DNA from: Phoronis australis
Lineage: Eukaryota > Animalia > Phoronida
NCBI GenBank assembly: GCA_002633005.1
Contig: NMRA01000098.1
Span: forward strand, 367,915-431,914
DNA: 64,000 nt
Direction of reading: 5' to 3'
This document shows positions 1-12,832 of this stretch, piece after piece (positions within the stretch are counted from its first letter, which is position 1; each line of letters starts with the position of its first letter). The notes under the pieces are model-generated. The model saw only the letters and a list, made by a program, of their open reading frames with translations, did not search any database and had not been told where the DNA came from. A program made the position numbers and the translations under genes.

Positions 1-116
1 CGTTTTCCCTTTCTGTACGATGAGTCAGCCACTAGGATTTGGAGTGCCCAAGTTGCACATGTGACTAGTGCGAGATGGCCAAAGTCTTAACTCACATCTC
101 CAAATTTCCCATAATC

Positions 117-286
117 AAACTTTTTCTTCGAACAGTCCTTGGATAGTTGCCCAAATTTGCAACTGGCCATTTTTAACCCTGTGCATGCCAGACGGTATTA
201 CGTCTTATTTCCTATAGTGTGCAGTATTAAAAATGGCCAGTTGCTTATTTGGAAACTGACCCAAGGACTGTCCCAAGAAAAAGCTT
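117..286. repeat. Imperfect inverted repeat (~60-bp arms), probable decayed MITE
   Basis: 117-176 (aaactttttcttcgaacagtccttgg...gcaactggccatttttaa) is an imperfect reverse complement of 227-286 (ttaaaaatggccagttgc...ccaaggactgtcccaagaaaaagctt). Confidence 0.7.
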
Positions 287-330
287 GCCTAGCTTAGCTG
301 ACAAAATCAGTGGCTGTTTACAGTCAGAGC

Positions 331-402
331 CACAGGCGTCCTCAGCTTCTGATCGTCCCCACGTAGTGTATTGGGGACGATCAGAAGCTGAGGACGCCTG
401 TG
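331..402. mobile_element. 72-bp hairpin MITE with 8-bp TSD (P-element/hAT-type)
   Basis: Perfect 31-bp arms (cacaggcgtcctcagcttctgatcgtcccca and its reverse complement) around a 10-nt loop. Flanked by direct repeat gtcagagc at 323-330 and 403-410. A related partial end lies at ~1207-1247. Confidence 0.8.
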
Positions 403-1428
403 GTCAGAGCATGCCATGAGATTCGCTTGTTCACACAGCTTTATACTGTTGTACGCCTATTCCATGCGCTGTTATACATTTCGGCAATGCAGCCAGGGTT
501 GCATGAACGTTTAAATGCTGTTTTGTTTTCGAAACAATGTAAAAAACAAACCTACGATCAATCCAAATTTCCCGGCGGAAATGGCAGCCAAGTTCGCTAT
601 TGGTCACCAGAGGACGCACGTCACAACCTTATAAAACAGTAATTAAAGTTTATGATTTAAAAACAAAAAGTAGATATTATCTATAATGGCCTTAAAAGAA
701 GATTCAATTATGATAATATTTATAAATGTTGTTATAACATAATAGATATTCTTCTTTCGTAATGTGGGATAGGCATAGATTCAAATTTGTATCTTCTTAA
801 TTATCTTTTGTAACCAACCATTACCCAAATAGATTGTCATTACGTATATTTTTCACAGATAGTTAAGAGTTTCCTGAGGTAAAGTCACTATTTTACACAG
901 GATAGCGGCCACACACTGTGAGCAAACATGACAATAATCAAACCTCAAGTAACAGAGAAGAAGCCTGATGATGAAAAACCTATGGCAGAAGTCAGCACTG
1001 GTTACTTGGTAAGTTTTTGTTGTCCTACTTTTCAACAGGTTCAATGTTTGGACGTAACAAGTAAATAACGATAACAATGGCCGAACCATGTTGGTTTCTG
1101 CGAGATGCAGAAATATTCCTGATTCTACATAGTTGAAGACTTTGTAGGAATTCCTACATAGTGCAAAAATGTAGGAATTGCACTTATTGTGAATCCAATG
1201 TTCATCCACAGACGCCCTCACGGCCTCGGCTTCTGATCTTCTCCAATGCTATATACTAATAATATATACCGTCTGAGGTCCTAAAGACCTGAAGTCGTGA
1301 GTGCCCTAAAGTCGTGAACGATCTTTTTTCCGCTTCTGCGCGGTCCCGCGACATCTAGTGTTGAATTTTCCAGTGTTTGTCTGCTCACAAACGTCAAACG
1401 AATACCCAGACGTGTTGATATTCACAAT

Positions 1429-1441
1429 ATGAAAATAAACA
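1429..1441 (+). CDS. Tentative first coding exon of ITM2-like gene (MKIN + A)
   Basis: ATG AAA ATA AAC A followed by donor gtgagt at 1442. Phase 1 fits acceptor cag|TG at 3614. A short CpG-containing stretch (~1310-1350) precedes it. Confidence 0.35.
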
Positions 1442-1949
1442 GTGAGTGGGTGTCTTTTTTAAAAATGTATCTTAAAACAGCACCTTTCACTAATCCACTT
1501 TTTTGTGCATTTTCAGAAAAAAATTTGGGGTCCCAATAGGCAACATACCAATTGGTACAAATTGCCTGAATCAATTATCGAGAATGTAATCCAACAAATT
1601 CTGCATATTCTAGCCACAAAATGATCAACGATTGTTTTGCAGCTGACGTTCAAGTAGTTAGTTGATAACTCTTTCTGAAAGTGGGGCGTTGTTATTTTTG
1701 CTGTTTTGAGAAATAATAAACGTGTCATACAGCAACTTATTTGTAAACCACAGTTGTGGCGTAATTTAGTTATAAAGTCATTTTTATGTTATTTACCACT
1801 TTGAAACTATAAAACTGAATTGTACTAATCTACAAAACTCAGTAAAAAATAAATATAGTGTTCGCTAACGGATTTCTCTCTTTTTGGAAATAGAAAACAA
1901 AATTCAAGTAGTGCCAAAAGGTGCTTTATTGCTCCGTAATTCACATTAA

Positions 1950-2148
1950 AGGCGAAAGCAACCTTTTTTCATGTCACTTTTAGCAAAAATAAGGTTCGTT
2001 GATTATCCCAGATACGTTTTTCACTTAATTACAGCTTTTCATAATTTTATTAATTTCTCATCCTCTACTCCGGAAGTGACGTTTGTCTGGGATAATCAAC
2101 GAACCTTATTTTTGCTAAAAATGACATGAAAAAAGGTTGCCTTCGCCT
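1950..2148. mobile_element. Kolobok-type MITE (TTAA TSD, AGG...CCT termini)
   Basis: TTAA at 1946-1949 and 2149-2152. ~65-bp near-perfect TIRs (aggcgaaagcaaccttttttcatgtca...ttatcccaga / tctgggataa...ggttgccttcgcct). Confidence 0.8.
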
Positions 2149-3613
2149 TTAACATTGAATTTTTGATTGGGCTGTGGATGGCAGAGCCAGCTGTTGTTGA
2201 GTGCTTCGAAGGTATAGAAAAAATGGGAATTGGCATGTTGCCCTCATCTTACTGACTCATGACCATTGAAGCCTTCAAAACAACAATGACCTACACAAAG
2301 ATAGGCTACATAAAAAGGAATCAGATTTGTATATAGCTATTGTCATAACCAAAGGAACAATGAGGCCAGTACAAGTTTATAGGTGTGATGTAGGTCAATT
2401 CCTAAATTTCTTCTGTTTTTATTTGTTGGAAAGGGTTTTTTCAGTTATCTTTGTGACTCATTTATGACTTGCGGGTTTTTTTTCTAAGAAAAGGTGTTCT
2501 ATGTGTATGGCAAAATGTTGTTTCACTATTATCGTCATGGCTATTATTAGGAAATATAATCTATTGTACATTTCCTATACGAGTTTACGTCATTGGGTCA
2601 ATGGGTTGTGTTTACGGTTGCCAAACTGACGTTTGTGAGCCATCTGTCATGACTAAAGAGGACTCTTTCACTGTGTGGGCTTTAAAACAGGGATAATGGA
2701 ATTCTTTCTGTTGACCTGGGGAAATCTATAAGATTGTTCTCTGGCGTCTGAAATTTTTTAAGACTGTAGGTTTTCAAGAAATATGCCCATTCCTTGTTGT
2801 AAAATTTTTAAGTGGAACTTACACGCTAATTCATTACCTATCTGATTGCTTGCTCAAATTAGTGGCGCAACATATAGCGATGATGTGATTGTGAAGTAGA
2901 TTGAAAATTGACAAATGTTTTAAGAATGAGTTTTGTGCCGAAAATGATCCGTTATAAATCACTGAACCGTGTCCAGTAAGTATCATGACATGGTGTTGGG
3001 AACATCATTGCATGATGCGGGTTATGTGAGGCCCCAAGGTCCGTCATTGGTGCAAAGGTCACCTATTATAATTGTTCGTTTTCACATACAAGTTGTCAGT
3101 GAATACAACAGTACTGCAATTTGTTTAGCATAGATGAGGTTCAAATAGCATGGTCCAAATACCCTGGCCAGTATTATGGGCAACGTTAAGCTAGAGAAAA
3201 TGTATTTCCATGCACAAACACTGTTAATTGAGCATTGCTGGTAGGGTCATAAAATGTAATGCTCAGCCATGCTTATCAAAGTAAAAAACTGGTTTTTGAA
3301 AAACTACACATTTTCAAGAATTAATGACTCCACAAACATATAGAACATTAAATAAGTAACCGAAATCTGAGTGCAAATCATGAAAATTGGTTCACTATAA
3401 CTGGGTTTACGTATGTCAAAATTAAACTGACTTCATCTGCTTGACAGGTAATGAAAGTGGTCCGCTCTAAATTCTTTTCTCCTGAATAAACTTGTGATAT
3501 AAGTAATACAAAATATAGGAATTAGCTGTCTGGACTCAGTGATTAATGGATTGGTCCAGTCTGGTATTATGTAAATAACAATGAATTTCATGTCACACTG
3601 TACTTTCAGCCAG

Positions 3614-3774
3614 TGAAGAAGGAAGAGGAACCGGATTATGCTCCTGCTATCGCGCTGGTGCAGGTGAGACGCAGGCGACGGTTCAATATCTGCGTTGGCA
3701 TCTTGGTTCTCTGCATACTCGCCATCGCCGCTGTAGGAGGGGGCCTGCTCTACAGACACTTAGCACACCGCAAC
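3614..3774 (+). CDS. ITM2: ITM2/BRI2-like BRICHOS protein, exon with cytoplasmic basic stretch and TM helix
   Basis: KKEEEPDYAPAIALVQVRRRRRFNICVGILVLCILAIAAVGGGLLYRHLAHRN: polybasic stretch followed by a hydrophobic type II anchor. Acceptor tttcagccag (start 3610 or 3614); donor gtaagc at 3775, phase 0. Confidence 0.8.
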
Positions 3775-6700
3775 GTAAGCATGTACTTCAGTTTAAGAGA
3801 GTAGGTGCAGGTGTAGGTGGGTGCATGCGCCTTTGTGCCTGTGTGGATGGATGGTTGCTAGTGGGTGGGTGTGCGTGGTGACTTCTGGGGCTTAGACGTG
3901 GCTCTAGTATGTATAACTTGGTTGGCATTATATGCGACAACTTTTTTATGGAAAAGATAAGTAGAACAAAATGAGTTATGTTCCAGAGAAGACAGGTTAC
4001 CCGAACACCGCTCACGCACTCATAAACGTAGCTCTGCAGTCGTGAACATGGCTTATGGACCTGTAAACTCAGTTCACTTACTCACAAACACAACTCCTTA
4101 CTTAGTACCCTAAAATCATGGCTTTAGCTCAGGTAGCCTGAAACAAATGGAAAATGAGAACACTTCACGAGTGGAAACCATGATAGAGGGTGTCTTGTGT
4201 CACCACATGAGGCAGCAGCTTGTAGTTTATTTTTCTGTATGACGGATTTTGTTATATTCTCTGGGTCTTGACATTTGTCCTGAAGTGTCAAAATCTGTCA
4301 GGACAGTTTGAAAATCAGCCAGACAAAATTTGGCATTGGAAGAGGATTTATTCATGATTCCATAAAATTCAGACCGAACACTTCTTGTTCTCACCAGCAT
4401 TTGGCGCTGCATAGATACCCTAGTGGCCACAGCATCATGCAGTGGTGTATACACCCATCTAGTTTGAATGTACAATATTAGTTAAAATAAAAGTGCATTG
4501 ACATAACATAAACCTTTTATTTATTAATTGGCTGTAGAATATAACTCTTTTTTAAATTCAAACTCATTTGTCATATCAAATAAAGACATAAATATCTAAA
4601 AATACAGTTTGTACAAATATTGTTGAATGGTTTGCCTACAGCTGCCTGGGGTTTTGCAACTCATTTCAAAATCTTGGCCCATTTCCCAGTCACTGATTAT
4701 CAACACACCAGCGATGTATGTAGAATGTGACATTATTGGGACAAATACCACACCATTTTCAGGAAAAATTGGCAATGGTGATAAAAGTGATAGTCAAGAA
4801 ACCTGCGCCAACTGCTTGCTGTGAAAACAAAAGTATTTGTACACCAATGAAACACCCCTTTATAATGTATGTTCTCATAGCTTTGGAAAACCCCTGGGGA
4901 AAAAGAAGTTAATACAAACGTGTTTGGAACAATGTGCGGAAACACTCTAAAAAAAAGATTGTGACTTTCATACAAGTGATGCCAATGTTGACTAAGTAAA
5001 AAAAAATCTAACATAGAGGTAAGCTTTTCAGCAGCAATGTCCTGTCTTCCGATGAAGTAGACAGTCTGAATCAAGCTTGGACTCCATACCTTGAATAACT
5101 CGCTTACAAAGAAAACACGCTTTTCTGAAGATATGTGGGAATTTTCACCACTGTTTGTTCAACCTTCTGAGCACCTTTCACCTCGATCAAAGAGAGCACT
5201 GCATCAGAGTCGCACTCGCTGTTGCATAAACCAATAATTTTCGTTAAAAGTCAACATGGCTGTATTTAGCTGGAAAATAACATTGTCTCAAAAAAGAATT
5301 AGAAATTTATTTCACATTGAAAAATATTGTAAAAATAGATTAGGAGACCTATTTTTCCAAAGATGGCCTGTTTTTTACTCTTTCAAAGTAACAGGAATAT
5401 ACTTAGCCACTCGCCCAGTCGCCAATGCGAGTAAAAATGGTGCTGGACGAGTAGAAGTTGACTTGTTGGTCGCCCAGGTGGCGAACGAATTTTCAGAGCG
5501 CAAAAACACTATCGTTTTCCAGATGAACATGAATAAATTTTCTCCTCCTTGAGCTGTTTTTATCATGAATTTAAGGTTCAGTTTAGTCATCGTGTCGATG
5601 CTCAGACGGTAAACATCGGCGCAGTGCGATCAAGTAGTGTAGAAGTATAGGAGAGTTCACTTGTGAGTTCGTTGTTATCGATACTACTAGCGCTGCCAAG
5701 TGGTGAATACGCAACTAGAAAGCGCTAAAACAATGGAGAATAGTGCATTTTACAGTGCAATAAATTGCACTAATTCATCCACGAGAACCCCAGACGTGTC
5801 ATTTTCTAGGTTTCTTAAGGATCCAGAAAGGTAAGGATCATCTGTTATTCAATAGTATGATACATTGTCTTTCGTTTTGTGCGTTCTGTTCACGGTTGGA
5901 AGACAAGTCGATTGCAGTCCCGGTGCCACAGTTGTCTGCAGACTGCAGTGTAGGCTAGGCTGCACAGCCGGGCTGCCGGCGGAAAGACTATGATTAGCGA
6001 TGTAATCGTCAGCTTTTTGGTTACTTGCAGTCCATGTATTTCAAATCAAAATGTCATCCAAATGATCGCAGGAAGAATTTTAGGAAAATATACCCATGGC
6101 CATGGGTGAATATGACTGGTGACACGGCCACAGTCGCAGCCACAGGGCCTCAAGTCTGTCATGAGTCAAGTTAGAGAATCTGTGGGTCTCGGTGAAAAGG
6201 TGAAAAATCAACATAATTTTAATGTGCCAGTTGGCCCAAGTTGAGCAACACCAGTGCGCCAATGAAAACTTAATTCTATGCGCCAATGATGCGGGGGCAC
6301 GGCTCTTAAAATATGCGTGGATCGACATTTGAGTCCTAGATGAAACCAGCAGTGAGCTGGGAGCAACATGTTGTCAGTGGTCAGGGGAGCAACCAAAATT
6401 TGTGATGATAGGAGAGGCTCAACACTCATGTGGCATACCGCATTGGTTTTTACCTGTAACCCCCCTGGGAGGGGGTCAACACCCATTTGGCGCCCACCTA
6501 GTTTTTGCCTGATACCCCCTTAGCTGGCACCTGGGGGCAATTCCCCTCTGAACCCGGCCCCAGGAGCAATCATTCATATTATGTAGTCCATGGAAGTATG
6601 AACTGTTATAAGGAACGATAATTTGCCTTGTTGAGAACTCAAACGTGAAACAAAAACCATGATGGCTTTTGAAGAAAGCTTCAAGAGAATGAAAACAAAT

Positions 6701-7344
6701 ACACTTTAATATTGATTAAATCACACATTTGCTTTCTCATTCGATTATAAGTAGTTGTTAGTTTACGTATTCTAACCATTTTCAATCACACACTAATTTT
6801 ATTGCACGTCTAATTTCATTAAAGTATGAATTTTATCAGTATTTACATGGTTCGGACTGCGCCGCTAATTTAGTGTTGCTTATTCGCCGCTTGGGATGCT
6901 AGTTTTTTACCAATAACCATTGCGACAAATGGCAAGATGGCGGAGTGAACTCTCCTATACTTCTAAACTCCGATTCAGTAGATGTCACCTGTTAGGCGAT
7001 TCGTCTAGACAAAAGAACACAGTGTGTGGTCATGCACAAATGAATTTGTGGACTAGTCCGAAACGAAGAAAAGTGGGGAAAGGCGGAAGACCGGTCCATG
7101 CGCTCGCAGCAAGTGAAATACCATTATTCTTGGAACTGATTTCTTATTGTAATGTGCAATGCAATGTCATTTTAGCCAAAATTATTTTATAAATAATAAC
7201 ATTTGTCCTAATAAGCTCCCATTCCCCTATAAGCGACCCCCTGCACTCGTTTTCAGACTTCGCTAAAATAAGAGTCCAGTCCATGAACGTGTACATATGC
7301 GAAAAATGCCTTACCTACAGTTCTAAAATTCTACAGTAATGTCT

Positions 7345-7640
7345 TCACTTTATCAATAATATCCAACACTTTTGAAAATTCATTGTGCGCGGAATTTCTA
7401 GACCATGAGCCGAGCCGCTATGTTGGTATTTAGCTGTGGCTGTGCACTTCAAAAAGAACGCAAAAGTTCTGCTGATCTTGCGAGGAACGTGTCCCACTAT
7501 GGCCAGGTCTTTCAGAACAGACGCAGAGTACTTGACAATGGGATTGCATTGTATCTTTCCCATACAGCTCTTCTCCCTCAACAGGAATGCAGATTACTTT
7601 TGTACATGTAAAAACCGTGAATCGAAACTTGACCAGTGTT
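7345..7640 (-). pseudogene. Degraded HIRAN-like domain fragment, probably transposon cargo
   Basis: Frameshifted pieces IHGFYMYK / PVEGEEL / NPIVKYSASVLKDLAIVGHVPRKISRTFAFFL...GLEIP resemble the HIRAN-like 'RGFHVYK..W.P..GE.L...N..D.YAV....VGHVP...GLEIP' pattern. Confidence 0.55.
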
Positions 7641-8095
7641 AATGAGCACGTGGTCAAGAATCGCCCGCTAGGGCTCACATATATGTTAGTATGTGGGCTT
7701 GCTACCGACTCTGGCAGATGAACTCTGATGATACGCACGCGCTCGCTCACTCTGCGCACACCTGCAGACTAACTTCAAAACAAACGTCACGTGACAACAA
7801 CATATGTGTTCATCCAGATTTTTCGCTTGTTGCCGGGTGCGATCTAGCCCAAATTTGGATTGTGGTTAATCCCGACTCCGCAGAAACTTAAAAATCTTAA
7901 GTACGCTATTTGTAAAACTTAAAGGAGAATGCCACCTGATTTAATTAGTATTTTTTACCATCTTAATCGGTCTTGTATCCACATCACCTCATATACGGTC
8001 GATCTCACCTCGCCGAGATGTGTCGCGTTAACCTGTGAAGAAGGTAAGAAATGACTTAGGGACGTCAGTGCTTCTTCTGCAGAGTGAGTGCCGCT

Positions 8096-8374
8096 ATGGA
8101 GTGGTGTATCGTACCCGCTTGTGTGAACTATGAAGCTACGAGGAAAGCAGGTATATCGTTTTTGCGATTTCCTCGAGAGCATACAATGCTTCAGAAGTGG
8201 TTCGCGGTAGTGAAGAATGAACAGCACGCCGTAATACCAATTAAGTGGTCGGCATTTCGTCTACAGTGATTTCACTGACGTTAGAATGCCAGCTTACCAA
8301 ACAGCTCATGCCAGGGCAGAAAAAAGAGACCGAGTATGAAGTCAGACGTTACACCTAGTGTGTTTGTGTTCGGT
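8096..8374 (+). pseudogene. THAP zinc-finger relic (N-terminus of Kolobok transposase)
   Basis: MEWCIVPACVN...GISFLRFPREHTMLQKWFAVV, then frameshifted RHFVYSDF and MKSDVTPSVF. These correspond to the THAP motifs C-x4-C, FP, W, HF and AVPS. Confidence 0.75.
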
Positions 8375-8519
8375 AGGCAGGAGACAAAACAACGTGGATC
8401 GGTTGTTGCTCAGTTTTTGATTATGGTGAATTGTAGCTGGCCATAGAAACATAAATAATTACAATTACAATTTATTTAATTCAAGGCATGAGAACATAGC
8501 GTTTTATATATAACCTGTT

Positions 8520-8936
8520 TGATGACTTACTCATTCGGCAGGCTACTGTTTGGACCTCTGGGTGTAGGATGTTCTCGTCAGTTCTTTTTCCCAGTCCCAA
8601 AAACGTCGTAAGCAGACTTATGTTTAGATGCAGTGCAAAATCACACATCTACGATTCTCCAAGAAGGCGTCTAACTTGGGTAATTTTGTGGCAGCAAACG
8701 CAAGTGTCAGTTGTTTCCATTATCGTGCAGTTAGCACACTGACACCATGACAAATCATTCAAACGGTTTTCGGAACTATCCATATGTTCCGTTGTCTGTT
8801 CACGTTCACGATGCCACTCTTGTATTTCTTGATCAGTGAATTCCAGTTCGAACTGATAGCTTGTGAAACCTAACGATCGACCTGTGAAGTCTTCGTCGGA
8901 TGAGCACTCGTCTAAATCTGGATTGTGAGTTACCAC
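8520..8936 (-). pseudogene. KolX / P2X7 C-terminal ballast-like Cys-rich protein relic
   Basis: YQFELE...RLNDLSWCQCANCTIMETTDTCVCCHKI matches the 'Y.FEP...RL.N..WC.C..C..M.T..EC.CC.E' motif. Stop at 8649; decays downstream to a donor-like gtaagt near 8526. Confidence 0.7.
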
Positions 8937-11900
8937 GGTTGACGTTTATTATTGTGCACTATGTTTCAAAATGAATTATTCTCACCCTAAGCAATGTTTA
9001 TATAAAACTGAAACAAAGATGCAATAAACTAATTGACCAGGCACTTTCATATCATGAATAATACGCTTGCAAGAAAGTCACGCACTTCTAAAGATATGCG
9101 GGAATTTTTACCGCACGTCCTTCTGAGTGGCTTGTACCAGGATCAATGAGAGTGCGACACCGGAATCTGGTACAGTTGTGATGACTGCATTGCCCGATGT
9201 TAGCAAGACCCTATTAAATGTAATTATCCGATTATAAACTGTATTAAACATCTCTGACTGTACATAATGGCAAATTTTCAAAATGCATTAACCACTAATT
9301 TTTTATAAACGAACACCACGGTGGTATTCAGCTTGAAAAAAAACCAAGTACGGTTTTCGATTTTCAAAAATCAACGAACTAATAAATAAATCTAAAAGCT
9401 ACAACCATGAGGTACTATTGAAGATAAACTACCACGCGTATTGATATACTCGGTGGATATACAAACGCTGATCAGAGTTAACAATATCACATGGATTCAC
9501 TTTTTAATATTCTTTCAATCTCGTTTAAAGAGATTTTTGACCAGGAAACAGTTGTTGTGCCCACTGTTCATTTTTTATTACTGACAAAGAGCTAGAATAG
9601 TTATATAGGCAGTGCCACCGAAATTGTCCAGAGATTCCAAATCTTCAGTTTAGTTATAACCATATTTGCACTTTTGTATCTATTTTATGATTTGAGTTCT
9701 AATAAAGATTAAATTTTAATGACATGTCAAATGTTTAGTGTACCTGTAATGTGGTAAGTTTAGGTATGGGCTCACAATGAACTTAACTAATTAAGTTTAG
9801 CTGGCGATCAAAATCTACCATTGTTTTGGTACCTCAAGCTTAAAACTTAGATTAAGAAGTTATCAACCCGTTCCCAGTAAGAAAAAAAAGTGTGCAGAAG
9901 CATTAAAAATTAAATAAAGAAAACCAATATTAAACTTATCGTTCCTTTGGGAAGTGGCCCTTTGTAAAGATAAACACAAGTTAACCTTTTTAGTCATTTT
10001 GTAATATTTATTATGTACCAAGTTAAAACTACTCTCCAGAGTTGCAGGCTATAACTCTTCAAACATCAGAGAAAACCAAATTGGGTGTAGTAACAACAGC
10101 CATTGTTGAGACAGTAATGCTAGCAATTACCTTTCCACTTCATTAGCTCAGATCTGCATCACTACAAAGGGCGTGCTGAATAGGCATCCTAAATGTTGTC
10201 TGGAGCTTAGGGAATCCAAGCAGTCACCAGTGTAAGCGAGAAATTCTCCACATGTTGGCCGTGTGAGCACATGCTAATTCAGTGTTTGCTGACAGAAAGC
10301 TTTTGTGAAACAATATCTCGATTGTATATCCTATGGTCAGATGTTAAGGGATTCCGAATCTTTATTTAGGTATTCATATACATTATTCGAATCATTGTTA
10401 CTGTGCAACTTTTGCCCTGATGGTTTTGCTGTGGAAGGGTAACCTTAATTCGCGGCCCCCGACGAGCTAGCAAGTAGATTTGCAGTTTTGGGTCTAATTC
10501 ACCAAAATAATCACGTGCACATTATTTATTTGGCTCACTGGTATAGTCTTTTCGTGACTGGAAGTTAAGTTTCTAACTTTGGCTGGTTTACGTTCGTGAT
10601 GTCTTCAGGCCGGCCGCGACGGGCCTGATCGGGTTCCAAGCCACTGGCCGGGATAACGAGCATTTTTGCAACACACAGCTATGTTCCCCTGTTTGTATTT
10701 CACGGACGAATAATTCGAATTTATCACGGAACAGGGCCCAAAACTCCAGCTACTGACTTTGGTAAATTGGCCTACCGAACTTTGTAGGCTACGGTACATT
10801 CCAATACCTATAAATCTGTAACAGTGAAATAAAATAACTCATTTGTTCAACAAATCGATGTATTTGTAAGGGTTTTACATCGAATTTTGTTGATTTTCTG
10901 GTGTAAAACAATGAATTCAACCGATAAGCTGACACCAATAAGGGTGTTGTGAACTGCTGAACAGACCCCCCCGAAAATGCAAACATCGCTCAATGTCTGT
11001 CAAAGTAAAAAGTTGTGAACGGCATGGCAGTTTTTCACAGGCGGGTAATCATAGATATTGGATCAGTCGAAATTCCTTACATATTAAAGACATGAGCTCA
11101 GTTTTGATAGGCTGGTGACATGGGAAATGCACTAATAGCAACCAATAGTATTCATCTAAGTAAGAAATGCACAAGCAGCCCCCAATATGATGGGAGTATG
11201 GCGACCAAACTTTGTCCTAAATTGATCGGCAGAAAAAAATTAAGGCTTTTGAACAGAGTGGTTCTTTGCCTTGAATTGTCAAGTTCGCGACAAACATGAT
11301 GGCAAAGTGCGTGAATTTTGTAAACACCATTCCCAGATATGAATCAGGCAATTGTCAGTTTCACATACTGAAAATAAATCGGACCCAGTTCGATGGCTGA
11401 TGCTTTAAGCAAAATGTCTGTATCATCAGTTCATGCCATATGGTCAAGTGAGTTACTAGGCTAAAGTAAGCTGTTGATTTATCTCATGGTGCCCAAACCG
11501 GGCTTGGTTTCCTTTTAAGTTCTAAATTCTAGTTTTATTTCACAGGACGTTTGGCTTCATATTGTATTACTTATCTCGGATTTTCTTTTGGTGTCTATGC
11601 TCACTAATGAACGTTTCTATTACTTTTGCATGTGCTTTTTTGGCATCCTCCAGTTTGAAAGATTATAATTAAATTTCAATGATGTGTTTGCATTAAGACG
11701 AACATGCTCAAGTTTGCCTATTGTGGCAATTAAGGTTTTCTTTGCATGGCTCTATAGCTACCAAGTTCTTCAACGGATGTTCACAAAATTTGAAAAATAA
11801 GTGTGTTGGGACAGCAGCACTTGCAGACAGATTTGACTTATGAAGGTCCCCTTGTGACATTTTTTATTTGATACATTACAGAAGCATGCTGTTTGTGATG

Positions 11901-12061
11901 GGTTCAGTCGTGGTTGCATTTTAAGGCTTTGCATTAATCTTGTTTAAAAATGAAATTTCTCCTGGTTTATCTTGAAATAGGAGCCTAGGAGCTGTTTAGT
12001 TGCGTTTCAATACAAGAAGTGCTCGCTACAAATTAGCATTACTCCAGCGTAGAAATCGTCC

Positions 12062-12295
12062 CCATCATATTGACTTCTACTGATCGAATGCCGCCTGGTT
12101 GTGGTGTTGATCTTGGCAGGAGTGTTTGTCCCATGGTTAATGAAGTAATATCCTGGGCTGGTTACTTAATGCTAGGCTCCAAACAGCTGATAACTTATGT
12201 CTATCCTCCATGTTAATTGTGAGGAAGATTACCACCAGCCACAGCCAGCACCCCAACCAGCTGGCATTCGAGCAGAAAAAGTCTCCATGATTGCG
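12062..12295. repeat. Degenerate inverted repeat (old MITE)
   Basis: gatcgaatgccgcctggttgtggtgttg (~12082) versus cagcaccccaaccagctggcattcgagc (~12246), which is its imperfect reverse complement. Confidence 0.5.
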
Positions 12296-12586
12296 ACACT
12301 ATTTGGTCATTAAGACTGGTAAGTCCAGTATTAGATTTATTCTCGTTATATTACAAACTGGATGACTAACATGCGATTACGTAAATGCCTCTGCCAGGGG
12401 CTGTATTAGAATGTGGATCACTTTGAAAAAAATTAAACAAATTTCAATTTTTTTGAAGTTCTGGCACGGTGTTTAATCAAACATTGGCGCTAACCCGAAT
12501 GAATAGGGTAATTGAACTTCATTAAGAATTTCTGATCATTTGAAGATTTGTGTTGTTTACACGTGCTTTTTCTTCCTTGGGAGCAG

Positions 12587-12832
12587 AGATACCGTGGTTG
12601 GTGTGGAACCACGTTCCTAGAGCAGTCACACTTCAATGAAGACGACGAAGTACTTCCCGAGGCACTGAACAGTGATGATGTGACCACGCCGGGCCTGCGA
12701 GACACTGTTACCCGTAAGCCAATCAAAATTGAGGAGGAGGTGGAGGTGGACACTGACAAGCAGGTGGAGACGTTTCGCATCCCCCGCGTAGGTCCCTACC
12801 GCCCCATCCAAGTTGTCTATGACTTTGAAAAG
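12587..12832 (+). CDS. ITM2: ITM2-like exon (linker and start of BRICHOS)
   Basis: cag|RYRGWCG...IEEEVEVDTDKQVETFRIPRVGPYRPIQVVYDFEK|gtaaat, phase 0/0. Resembles the ITM2 'E.I.VP.F...PA..IHDF' motif. Confidence 0.85.

Larger units (their letters stand above)
7923..9333. mobile_element. Internally deleted Kolobok DNA transposon
   Basis: TTAA at 7919-7922, then aggagaatgccacc. Right end ggtggtattcagct (9320-9333, 11/14 match to the reverse complement) followed by tgaa. Contains a + strand THAP relic and a convergent - strand KolX-like relic. Confidence 0.7.
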
